A stretch of 64,000 bases of DNA from Candidatus Latescibacterota bacterium (lineage in GTDB: Bacteria; Latescibacterota; UBA2968; GCA-2709665), in contig CAXXJS010000016.1 in the NCBI GenBank assembly GCA_963662665.2, positions 66,725 through 130,724 on the forward strand. Direction: 5' to 3'. The translations under genes and the position numbers were made by a program. The notes below the pieces were generated by a model. It worked only from the letters and a program-made list of their open reading frames with translations, searched no databases and was not told where the DNA came from. Positions 43,037 through 52,175 of the stretch are shown here, piece by piece; the first letter of the stretch is position 1, and every line of letters starts with the position of its first letter.

Positions 43037-43420
43037 GGAAGGAGGTAATATCGGAATCCACGCTGATAAACGTCTTTCCGTCGTACGTCTACTTACCAGA
43101 GGTGATCGGCAACAAGAGTGGTTAACGCCGTTCACGGACCCTACCGAATTTTGAAAGGAGATGACATATGAATCCACATCGTTAAACGTCTTACCGATTC
43201 ACGTTTGAGCGAAAAACCAGGTCTCGGAGCAAGTGCTGAACTGGCATGTTGAGCAACGGGAGCGGTAATATTGCCACGGACCAATGAACACCGGGTCCCT
43301 GCATATCGCCCCCACTCGCTCCATGTCATAACCGGAGCTACATCGATCACAGTCATTTCATGGTTTTAATCTGCCTTTAATCACATCGCAATCATAGTCA
43401 ATCACAGTCCGGGGGTACAG
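43037..43420 (+). repeat. conserved non-coding leader, copy B (two tandem 116-nt unit heads)
   Basis: GGAG..GAATCCAC heads at 43041 and 43157 (116 apart); homologous to 41135-41645 and 45476-45600. Confidence 0.8.
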
Positions 43421-45385
43421 ATGAAAAGGACAACAATTCTAAGTCTATTGCTTCCTTTTGCGGCAGTCCTATATGCACACGACAGTGTTGCACAGGACTA
43501 CAATCGCTGGCGTCTGCCCGAAGGCGCCCGCATGCGGCTGGGCAAAGGCAACGTGCTCGACGTGGCGTAGTCACCGGACCGCACGCTCCTGGCCGTGGGG
43601 GGCACGGCAGGCATCTGGCTCTATGATGCCCATACAGGGGCCGAAGTTTCCCTGATCACAGGACATTCGTTCAGAGTCAATGCCGTTACATTTTCGCCCG
43701 ATGGTCTGACGCTGGCAAGTGGCAGCCGGGACGATACGGTGCGGCTGTGGGACGTGGAAACCGGGCAGGAAAAGAGCATCCTCACGGGACATACCTACGA
43801 CGTGGAGGCGGTGGCATTCTCGCCGGATGGGACGACGGTGGCAAGCGGCAGTCGTGACGGCACGGCGCGGGTGTGGGACGAAGAAACCGGGCAGGAGAAA
43901 AGCACCCTCGTCAATGAAAAGTACCGGGGTCGGTCGAATAACCCATGGGTCATGTCGGTGGCGTATTCGCCCGATGGGGCGACGCTGGCCAGCGCCAGCC
44001 GGGACAGTACCGTGCGGGTGTGGGACGTGGAAACCGGGCAGGAAATACACACACTCACGGGACATACCCATGGGGTCTGGTCGGTGGCGTTTTCGCCGGA
44101 CGGCAGGACCCTGGCCAGTGGGAGTGGGGACAATACGGTACGGTTGTGGGACGTGGAAACGGGACAGGAAAAGAACACCCTGGAAGGACATACCCATTGG
44201 TTGTATTCGGTGGTGTTTTCGCCCGATGGAGCGACGCTGGCTAGCGCCAGCCGGGACAGTACCGTGCGGGTGTGGGACGCGGCCACAGGGGCTGAGATAA
44301 GCACCCTCACAGGGCATAGTTCCAGCGTCCGGTCGGTTGGGTATTCGCCGGATGGGATGACCCTGGCGAGCCGCAGTATCGACAATACAGTCAGGTCGTG
44401 GGACGTGGAAACGGGGCAGGAGAAAAGCGCCATCACCCTCACAGGGCATACCCAATCTGTAAATTCGGTCGCGTTTTCGCCGGATGGGACGATGCTGGCA
44501 AGTGGCGGTAACGAGCGCACGGTTCGGTTGTGGGACGTGGCCACCGGGCTGGATATACGCACCTTCACAGGACATACCCGTGGGATCCTTTCGGTGGCGT
44601 TCTCGCCGGATGGGACGACCCTGGCAAGCGGTGGCGGCTATCGCGACGCAACGGTGCGGTTGTGGGACGTGGACACAGGGCAGGAGAAAGACACCCTCAC
44701 GGGACATACGGCGTCTGTCGAGTCGGTGGCGTTCTCGCCGGATGGGTCCACGCTGGCAAGCGCCGGCGGTCGAGACGAAACGGTGCGGTTGTGGGACGCG
44801 GCCACCGGGCATGAGGAACATACCCTAACAGGACATGCGTCGACCGTCTCGTGGGTGGCGTTTTCGCCCGATGGATCGACGCTGGCAAGCGCCAGTTACG
44901 ACCATACGGTGAGGTTGTGGGAAGCGGCCACAGGGCACGAGAAAAACACCTTCACAGTACGTGGAGAGAATTTCTTTTCGGTGGCGTTTTCGCCGGATGG
45001 AAAGACGCTGGCAACCAGCAGTCCGCATAAGGCGGTATGGCTGTGGGACGTGGCCACAGGGCAGAATATACGCGCCCTCAGAGGACATACCGATCCGATC
45101 TGGTCGGTGGCGTTTTCGCCGGACGGCAGGACCCTGGCAAGCGCCAGTTACGACGGTACGATTCTGCTGTGGGACGTCTCGTCACGTGCGGCATTGCAAC
45201 CCCTTGCTGCCGACTTCGATGGCGACGGGGCCGTGGGCTTTTCCGACTTTCTGCAATTCATCGCAAAGTACGGGCTGAGCTGGGGAGATGCGGGATATGA
45301 CGCGCGCTTCGACCTGGACGGCGACGGTGAGGTCGGATCCCGCGATTGGTGGATCTTCGGAAAAAGCTTCGGCCGGGGTACGTGA
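43421..45385 (+). pseudogene. exported WD40 protein (about 13 units) with EF-hand/dockerin-like tail, in-frame TAG at 43568-43570
   Basis: ATG 43421 signal peptide MKRTTIL..., QDYNRW.LPEGA.MRLGKG as in the paralogue; TAG at codon 50 aligns with TGG of copy 1; same frame as the 43595 ORF. Confidence 0.85.
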
Positions 45386-45475
45386 AGCGAACGCGCCGTG
45401 TCAGTAGGAAGCCACGCCAGGCGATCGGCAGTGAATGCGATATAGGGCGCTGACATACCTGCCCGCGCGTGGAGA

Positions 45476-45601
45476 GGAGGTGATACTGGAATCCACGTCG
45501 CTAGAAGTTTCGACGCTTTACGTCTATTTGTAGACGATAGTCGGCTGCAATACCGATCCACGCCGATCACCCTGTTGTCCACGTTTGGAAAGGAGTTGAA
45601 A
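45476..45601 (+). repeat. conserved leader unit, copy C, ending in the real RBS
   Basis: GGAGGTGATACTGGAATCCACGTCG...TACGTCTA...TCGGC..CAA...ACGCCG.TCAC...GAAAGGAG; the second GGAG is 116 nt after the first. Confidence 0.75.
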
Positions 45602-46780
45602 GTGAACACGGAAGACCTTAGAGAAAGATTGGAAGCTCTGGAAGAAAGGCTGCGATGGCAGAAGCGGACAATTGCGGGATTGCTCGTTGTCTTCCTATTC
45701 AGCGCGTCGCCCGCATTGACCCAGGCATCAAAGTGGTTTGACCGGATCCTTCCGTCAAAGCTGACCTCGTTAAGCCTTCAACACGTCACGGACCGGGGCG
45801 ACGTGCGGTTTGACGACCTCTCGCCGATCGGGGCGGAACTTCCATTACCGGAGACCGGATACGGTGGACCGAGCAAGATCGCTTCGGGGCAACCCCTAAA
45901 TGCCGCCGATACGCTGCGGGTGGGTGCAGTTCACATTATTAACGCAAGCGGGGCGCTCGTCGCGACCGTCGGGTCTAGTCAGTCCGGAAGCGGTTTGCTC
46001 GAGGTACGGAACAGCAATGGCGACCGCGTGTCGATTGTGGGCGTGGATTCGCGGGGACACGGCACCCTGGGGGTCCTCAACGCGGCCGGTCGCGTCACCG
46101 CCGCCATAGGCGCCGACCGGTCGGAACAAGCCAACGGAGTGGTCGACGTCAAGAGTGCAAAGGGTTCGGCGGCCGCACTCGCCTTTGACGATGCCGGGGA
46201 TGGGGCGATTGGCGTGTTCAACACGGACAAAAGGCTGGTTTCCGGATTCGGTATCGACAACAACGGTCACGGCGCCCTTCGTATCGTAAATGCGGCGGGC
46301 GGGGTTGTTGCCGCGATAGGTGCCGATCAGTCCGACGACGCCAATGGGTGGATGGATGTCAGGAACAAATCAGGGCCGGCTGCGGGCTTCTCCGTCGACA
46401 CGGACGGAGACGGCCTGGTCATCGCAGGCAATCGGAACAACGATGAGGTTTCGATTATGGGCGCGAATGAAAACGGGCACGGCATCATCGGGTTCAAGCA
46501 CGCTTCCGGGCGGGTTGTGGTCGGCATGGGCGCCGATTCGACCGGCGCCGGCGTGCTGAACGTCGAAGGCGGCAGGTTTCGGGCCTTTCTCGATGCGGAA
46601 GGCAACGGAGTCGCGAAAACACTGGGACAGCATGGGAATCTTCTCTGGTCGTCCGAAGCTTCCCCCAACGGTGATGGCGGCACGTCAACCGGGCTGATCG
46701 GCGACTTCGATGGCAACGGCAAGGTGGATTTCGCGGACTTTGTGACCTTCGCCGCGAATTTCGGCAAAACGAGCGGGTAA
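45602..46780 (+). CDS. membrane-anchored Gly-rich repeat protein with a C-terminal EF-hand/dockerin-like motif
   Basis: GTG 45602 after AAGGAG; coiled coil, TM segment, ~22-aa G.L.V.N..G..V..G.D..G.G repeats, GDFDGNGKVDFADF. Confidence 0.75.
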   Translation: MNTEDLRERLEALEERLRWQKRTIAGLLVVFLFSASPALTQASKWFDRILPSKLTSLSLQHVTDRGDVRFDDLSPIGAELPLPETGYGGPSKIASGQPLNAADTLRVGAVHIINASGALVATVGSSQSGSGLLEVRNSNGDRVSIVGVDSRGHGTLGVLNAAGRVTAAIGADRSEQANGVVDVKSAKGSAAALAFDDAGDGAIGVFNTDKRLVSGFGIDNNGHGALRIVNAAGGVVAAIGADQSDDANGWMDVRNKSGPAAGFSVDTDGDGLVIAGNRNNDEVSIMGANENGHGIIGFKHASGRVVVGMGADSTGAGVLNVEGGRFRAFLDAEGNGVAKTLGQHGNLLWSSEASPNGDGGTSTGLIGDFDGNGKVDFADFVTFAANFGKTSG

Positions 46781-46781
46781 C

Positions 46782-46868
46782 GACGCCCGCTTCGATCTGG
46801 ACAACGACGGTACCGTCGGGTTCAACGATTTCGTGATCTTCGCGCGCAGCTTTGGCCAGGGTGTATGA
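46782..46868 (+). pseudogene. out-of-frame second EF-hand half of the preceding gene
   Basis: DARFDLDNDGTVGFNDFVIFARSFGQGV in the +1 frame directly after GGGTAAC. Confidence 0.75.
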
Positions 46869-46910
46869 GGCGCCGGGGAATGCCCCGGTAGAAGTCTACA
46901 CAGTCACGGA

Positions 46911-46939
46911 AAGGGCGCCCAGGGGTACGGGGCGCCCTT
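46911..46939. terminator. hairpin between convergent genes
   Basis: AAGGGCGCCC...GGGCGCCCTT inverted repeat. Confidence 0.6.
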
Positions 46940-46963
46940 GAAGTCTTATATTTTTGTACACAA

Positions 46964-47737
46964 TCAGTCGGGATGTCCGCTCCGATGGAACGCAACGAAG
47001 AAGTCGGACACCCCGCTTATGATAATCTCCAACATCGCCCGTCCCTCCTCGGCGGTGGCCTCCGCCGGATTGTCGGTGTAACCCACGCCCGACTGCCATT
47101 CGCCGTGGACCTGCACCACGGCGCCCGAGAGGCCAACGTCCAGGCCGGCATCGTCGTGCACGTCGCCGCTCATTGCATCCAGCGCTTCCCGGTTCACAAG
47201 GTCGGGCCGGACCGCCATCATCATCGCCGCCTCGAATCGCCCCGCATGGCCCGGAATGACCTTTGACGGCATGACCCCGGTGAGCGCATCACGCGCGATG
47301 TTCCAGTAATCGCCGGTTGCCACGGCGGCAGGATTTCCCAGTCGGTTCACGAAGTCCTGCCCCACGAGTCCGTTCGGGTTGGAATTTCCCCCGTGGCCGT
47401 TCAAGACCACGAGCCGTTTGAATCCGCTTCGTACGAGGCCGTCGAGAACGTCGGTCACGGCCTGGACGAACGTGGTGGTCCTGAAAGACAACACCCCCGG
47501 AAACGGATGGTGATGATGGGAGTTGCCGAATTGCAGCGTTGGCGCCACCACGACAGGAACGTGTTCGTTTGCGCGGGCTGCGGCCTGGCGCGCAACCGTC
47601 CCGCATAGAACGGTGTCCGTACACACGGGAAGGTGAGGTCCGTGCTGTTCGATCGCAGCTGTGGGCAGCACTGCCGTGGCCGTGGGCGCAACCTCCCGAA
47701 TCTCCTCCCGGGTCATCTCTGCAAATAGGTAAGACAC
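46964..47737 (-). CDS. creatininase family amidohydrolase
   Basis: P.AAIEQHGPHLP..TD, G.S.HH..FPG, LNGHGGN, HAG.FE. Confidence 0.9.
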   Translation of the reverse strand: MSYLFAEMTREEIREVAPTATAVLPTAAIEQHGPHLPVCTDTVLCGTVARQAAARANEHVPVVVAPTLQFGNSHHHHPFPGVLSFRTTTFVQAVTDVLDGLVRSGFKRLVVLNGHGGNSNPNGLVGQDFVNRLGNPAAVATGDYWNIARDALTGVMPSKVIPGHAGRFEAAMMMAVRPDLVNREALDAMSGDVHDDAGLDVGLSGAVVQVHGEWQSGVGYTDNPAEATAEEGRAMLEIIISGVSDFFVAFHRSGHPD

Positions 47738-47787
47738 GCACAGTCCTCCTGTCGCGGTAGAACGATGACGAATCTGAACGACTGAAA

Positions 47788-49260
47788 CTAAACCTGCTCA
47801 AACGGATACAACGGCCGCCTGCGATGGCGGAATTCGAATTTGCGCATATCCGCCGCTGTTGCGCCGGGTGTGTCCACGCGTATCAGGCGGGTACACACGG
47901 GTGCGTACGCCGCCACGGGCGAATGCACACCCTTGGCGACGATGACGTCGAACGCGTCCGGCCGCAGATCGCAACTGGTCATCACCCCAAGGCTTACCGG
48001 TACGACGCGACGCGACGTCAGGCTGATTGTCAGGCCAGTTTCGGTCTCCACCACCGCCGTCTGACCCATGTCGAACGCCGTCCGCCCGCCATGGCGGATC
48101 TCGGACTCCCGGAACCGGCCGCTGTAGATGCCCCGTACCGTAACGGGCGCCTCCAGAGGCGGTCCGTGCATCTTATCCGTTTTGCCGCCCATCCGGAGGG
48201 TCACCCGGCTGCCCGCCCCCGCCTCGGCCGCCTTCGAAACGGATTCCCTGTCGTACAGACACACGAATCCCCTCGAATCCGCGCGCCTGTGCAATTCGTG
48301 CGCCAGCAGGGTCCCGTCCGCGGCCGATCCGCCACCCGTATTGTCTCCCATATCCAGCAGACAGACCGGGCCGTCGGTCGCCAGCGCCATATCCACCGCC
48401 TGCGGGATACCGATAAACTCACCCCTGAAGTCGCTCCGAAAGGTGTGGAGATGGCCCGCAAGTTCATCGGCAACGGTTTGCGCGAGTTCCGGATCACCAT
48501 CCGTCACGGCGATCATCGCAGTACCCATCTCCGGCACGTCGGCGTAGGGAAATCCCAACACGATGCTATTCGACAACACGCCCGTCCGTTTCAGAAGGTC
48601 ATCAGCCAAATCATACATCGGCCTGCAGGGAGCGGCGCCCGTCAATTGCCGTTCGATATTGATAGCGATCGGCGGGAACGCGGCGGCCTGCGTGGGACTG
48701 ACTTCGCCCCGCAGCGTCCGCGCCATCAATCGCGACGCCTGCAGACCCACCGCCTTCTGATCCAGATGCGGGTTGCTTCGGTAAGCGATGGTCGCGTCGC
48801 AGGCCGAAACCATTCTCTCCGACAGATTCGCGTGCGGATCGATCGTGCAGATTATGGGCGTTTTTCCTCCAACCAGGCGCCGCAGCCGGGAAAGCCAGTA
48901 TCCGTCCAGGTCCCAGTAATCCTCACCTTCCCCCACGTTCGCCCCGTGGGGCGCCACCAGCCAGCCGTCCAGTACCCCGGCGCGATCGACCTGTTCAAAC
49001 ATCATCCGCAAAAGCGCGTCGCAGGTATCCTTCGTTATCCGGCCGGAAGGCTCGGTGCTGGCGTAGAACAGCGGCACCACGTCGATGCCCGACTCGACGA
49101 GGCCGGCCAGGAAGCCGCTCATCTCGTTCAGACCGTCTTCAAAGACCTCCGCGACTTCATTTCCAATCAATATCCGGCTCGACCGGAACATCTCCAGTGT
49201 GGTGGGGGTACCTATGAACGTATTGGACTCGTGGACCAAAGAAAGAATGCCGACACGCAT
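47788..49260 (-). CDS. M81 (MlrC-like) metallopeptidase
   Basis: HESNTF, HGA, DPHAN, Y...PH.D, GFPYADVP, DNTGGG..DGT; start re-assigned to 49260. Confidence 0.9.
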   Translation of the reverse strand: MRVGILSLVHESNTFIGTPTTLEMFRSSRILIGNEVAEVFEDGLNEMSGFLAGLVESGIDVVPLFYASTEPSGRITKDTCDALLRMMFEQVDRAGVLDGWLVAPHGANVGEGEDYWDLDGYWLSRLRRLVGGKTPIICTIDPHANLSERMVSACDATIAYRSNPHLDQKAVGLQASRLMARTLRGEVSPTQAAAFPPIAINIERQLTGAAPCRPMYDLADDLLKRTGVLSNSIVLGFPYADVPEMGTAMIAVTDGDPELAQTVADELAGHLHTFRSDFRGEFIGIPQAVDMALATDGPVCLLDMGDNTGGGSAADGTLLAHELHRRADSRGFVCLYDRESVSKAAEAGAGSRVTLRMGGKTDKMHGPPLEAPVTVRGIYSGRFRESEIRHGGRTAFDMGQTAVVETETGLTISLTSRRVVPVSLGVMTSCDLRPDAFDVIVAKGVHSPVAAYAPVCTRLIRVDTPGATAADMRKFEFRHRRRPLYPFEQV

Positions 49261-49306
49261 ATGGAGGTTCCTGATTCTGTCAGATGGAGGTGGACGGGAT
49301 GGCATT

Positions 49307-49326
49307 CCTTCGACAAGCTCAGTGCA
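49307..49326. repeat. REP-like unit CCTTCGACAAGCTCAG
   Basis: Inverted match to 41492-41511 and 18148-18164. Confidence 0.55.
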
Positions 49327-49582
49327 AACAACGTCATGCGACCGGATGAATTTTGTCAGGTATCACAGGCGCCGTTTCGCGGTGCGCACAATTTCAATAT
49401 AGACGTTAAATCTCCGGAAATCAAATAGTTCCTGGTGAGGATTCGATTCGCGGACAATGCATTGATCCAATCGTTCCTTACCTGTCAATTCAGATCCGCT
49501 TATGGTTGTATTTCCCGAACATCATTATAAACCAGGATACAGTATGGGGGCAATTTAAACAAAAAAAACTAATGGATTCGTC

Positions 49583-49611
49583 TTGCCATAACAACCTGAA
49601 TACCATATATT
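49583..49611 (+). promoter_or_regulatory. sigma70-type promoter for CBS-korA-korB
   Basis: TTGCCA, 17 nt, TATATT in an AT-rich intergenic region. Confidence 0.6.
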
Positions 49612-49750
49612 AAGACCAGATAAGATAAGCCCCGCTAATTGTTGAGCGCGAGACCCGCAGACGACAGCCGAACGGGAATTCCATATCACGCTGTACCGGG
49701 CGCCGGACGCCCGCGCGTGGCATGGTTTAGGGCATCGATTCGGGAGGAGC

Positions 49751-50221
49751 ATGATGGACCTGAAACAGAGTATTCACACCGCTCCGATCACACATGTCGA
49801 CCTGTCGTATTACGTCGAGACGGAGCACGGCACGCGAGCCGGCGACGTACTCGAAAAGATGAAGGCCAGTCATCGAAAATGCGCCCTTGTGATGGAGCAC
49901 GGTCGCCTGATAGGCATTTTTACCGAGCGCGATATCATGAAAAAGGTAGCCGGTAACCCGAAAAGCAACGATGCGCCGATCGATGACCTGATGACACCCG
50001 ATCCTGAAACCATCGACGCGGACATGAACATCCTGGACGCGACGAGGGTGATCGCCTCGAACCGGTACCGGTACATGCCCGTAACGAACAAAGAGGGCAC
50101 GGTCCTGGGTACGTTGACCTATTATGCCATTATCAAATACATTTGCGATTATTTCCCGCAGGAAATCTACAACCAGCCGCCCGTGCCGGACGTGTTTGCC
50201 AAGGCCCGTGCCGGCGCCTAG
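49751..50221 (+). CDS. stand-alone CBS-pair protein
   Basis: GGAGGAG RBS; LIGIFTERDI, MTPDP, YRYMPV. Confidence 0.88.
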   Translation: MMDLKQSIHTAPITHVDLSYYVETEHGTRAGDVLEKMKASHRKCALVMEHGRLIGIFTERDIMKKVAGNPKSNDAPIDDLMTPDPETIDADMNILDATRVIASNRYRYMPVTNKEGTVLGTLTYYAIIKYICDYFPQEIYNQPPVPDVFAKARAGA

Positions 50222-50272
50222 TGATCTTCTTCTCCGGATCCACAGCCCAAGAAAACCGGGAGGTCGAAAGAG

Positions 50273-52147
50273 ATGGCCGAAACAGCCGTCGAAGAAATAG
50301 ACGAAGGAGCCGAACTGCTGGACGAATTGAACGAGGTAGAATCCATCGCGGTCCGATTTGCGGGCGACTCCGGCGATGGCAGCCAGTTCATTGGGGGAGA
50401 ATTCGCCAACACGTCCGCCATTATGGGCAACGACATCAGCACCATGCCGGACTTCCCCGCTGAAATCCGCGCTCCCGCGGGAACATTGCCGGGCATCAGC
50501 GGATTTCAGGTCCGCATCTCCAGCGAAGACATTTACACTCCCGGAGACGAGCCCCAGGTGCTCGTTGCCATGAACCCGGCCGCGCTCAGGGCCAACCTGC
50601 AGGACCTGCCGCCGGGGGGCGTGGTCATCACCAATTCCAATAACTTCACACGAAACAACCTGCGCAAGGCCGGCTACGAGACCGACCCGCTGGATGACGG
50701 ATCGCTGGAGGGCTATCGCGTTTGCAAGGTACCGTTGACAACGATGCACAAACGGGCGGTGGCCGGTATTGAGGGCCTGTCCAACCGTCAGATCGATATG
50801 ATGAAAAACTGCTTCGCCCTCGGACTTGCATACTGGATCTTCGACCGTCCGCTCGAACCCACCGTCCGCATGCTGGAAGAGAAATTCGCCAGCCGGCCAA
50901 ATGTCGTTGAAGGCAACGTAACCACCTTGAAGGCCGGATACAACTACGGTGAAACGACCGAACAGTTCCAATTCAGGTATAAGATACCCAAAGCCGTGGT
51001 CGAACCCGGAACGTATCGTGCCGTCACCGGCGCCCAGGCCACGGCGATGGGCTTCGTCACCGCGGCGCACAAGGCGGGCAAGACCCTTTTTTACGGCAGC
51101 TATCCAATCACTCCCGCCAGCGTCCTCCTTGAGGCGCTGGCCGCACAGAAGAACTTCGACGTGCGAACATTCCAGGCCGAAGACGAAATCGCAGCCATCG
51201 GCTCCGCCATCGGCGCCGCATTCGGCGGCGCCTTCGCCGCAACAGGCACCAGTGGCCCGGGCGTTGCGCTCAAGAGCGAAGCCATCAACCTGGCTCTTGT
51301 ACTGGAATTGCCACTGGTTGTCGCCAACTTTCAACGGGGAGGGCCCAGCACGGGACTTCCCACGAAGACGGAACAGTCCGACCTGCTCCAATGCATGTTC
51401 GGCCGCAATGGCGAGAGTCCGGTTCCCATTGTCGCGCCGGCCACCGCCTCCGATTGCTTCAACCTGGGCATTGAGGCCTTTCGTATCGCGGTTGAAAGCA
51501 TGTCACCGGTCTTCTTCCTTTCCGACGGCTATCTCAACAACAGTTCCGAACCCTGGAAAATTCCGGACCCGGACGACATCGACACCATCGTTGTCGAACA
51601 TCGAACGGACCCTGAGAATTTCCAGCCGTACACGAGGAACGTGCAGACCCTCGCACGCCCCTGGGCCCTCCCGGGTACACCCGGCCTGGAACACCGGATC
51701 GGCGGGTTGGGCAAGCAGGACGGCTCGGGAAACGTCTCGTACGATCCGAAAGACCACGAACACATGGTCCGGGTCCGCGCGGAAAAAGTGGCACGAATTG
51801 CCAATCGGATTCCAGCGCAGGACGTGTTCGGTCCAACGGCCGGTGATCTGCTTGTCGTTGGTTGGGGCAGCACATTCGGCGCAATCAGGTCCGCGGTACG
51901 CCGCGCGGTCTCCAACGGCCGGTCGGTTGCCCATGCCCATATCCGTTATCTGAACCCGTTTCCGGCGAACCTGGAGAGCCTGCTTCTACGCTATCGAAAG
52001 ATCATGGTACCGGAAATAAACGGCGGACAGCTTTCCCTGCTGCTCAATGCCAGATATCCGTTGCGCGTCATCAGCTATCCCAAAGTTCAGGGACAGCCCT
52101 TTAAGATTTCTGAAATTCTTAACAAAATTGACGAATTGCTCGACTAG
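50273..52147 (+). CDS. korA: 2-oxoacid:ferredoxin oxidoreductase alpha subunit
   Basis: RFAGDSGDG, FPAEIRAPAGT, YPITPAS, EDEIAA, QRGGPSTGLPTK. Confidence 0.92.
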   Translation: MAETAVEEIDEGAELLDELNEVESIAVRFAGDSGDGSQFIGGEFANTSAIMGNDISTMPDFPAEIRAPAGTLPGISGFQVRISSEDIYTPGDEPQVLVAMNPAALRANLQDLPPGGVVITNSNNFTRNNLRKAGYETDPLDDGSLEGYRVCKVPLTTMHKRAVAGIEGLSNRQIDMMKNCFALGLAYWIFDRPLEPTVRMLEEKFASRPNVVEGNVTTLKAGYNYGETTEQFQFRYKIPKAVVEPGTYRAVTGAQATAMGFVTAAHKAGKTLFYGSYPITPASVLLEALAAQKNFDVRTFQAEDEIAAIGSAIGAAFGGAFAATGTSGPGVALKSEAINLALVLELPLVVANFQRGGPSTGLPTKTEQSDLLQCMFGRNGESPVPIVAPATASDCFNLGIEAFRIAVESMSPVFFLSDGYLNNSSEPWKIPDPDDIDTIVVEHRTDPENFQPYTRNVQTLARPWALPGTPGLEHRIGGLGKQDGSGNVSYDPKDHEHMVRVRAEKVARIANRIPAQDVFGPTAGDLLVVGWGSTFGAIRSAVRRAVSNGRSVAHAHIRYLNPFPANLESLLLRYRKIMVPEINGGQLSLLLNARYPLRVISYPKVQGQPFKISEILNKIDELLD

Positions 52148-52175
52148 ACCTGCGCCTGAATCGGGAGATACTTCC

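Noticed and set aside
42887-43420. Integron attC sites between the tandem genes
   Set aside because: No RYYYAAC...GTTRRRY boxes with a long inverted repeat, and no integrase
42683-43570. Selenocysteine or pyrrolysine recoding of the WD40 stops
   Set aside because: The stops are TAA and TAG, not TGA, and align with Ser and Trp; no pyl genes; no in-frame UGA selenoprotein was recognised in the window
42544-45385. DGR template/variable repeat pair served by the RT
   Set aside because: Differences are not adenine-specific, there is no avd gene, and the RT lies inside a complete group II intron
47824-49428. Long antisense ORFs (also 49727-51391, 55163-56599, 27728-29131, 43571-44821, 29811-31022)
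   Set aside because: Shadow frames of well-supported genes in GC-rich DNA, with no motifs
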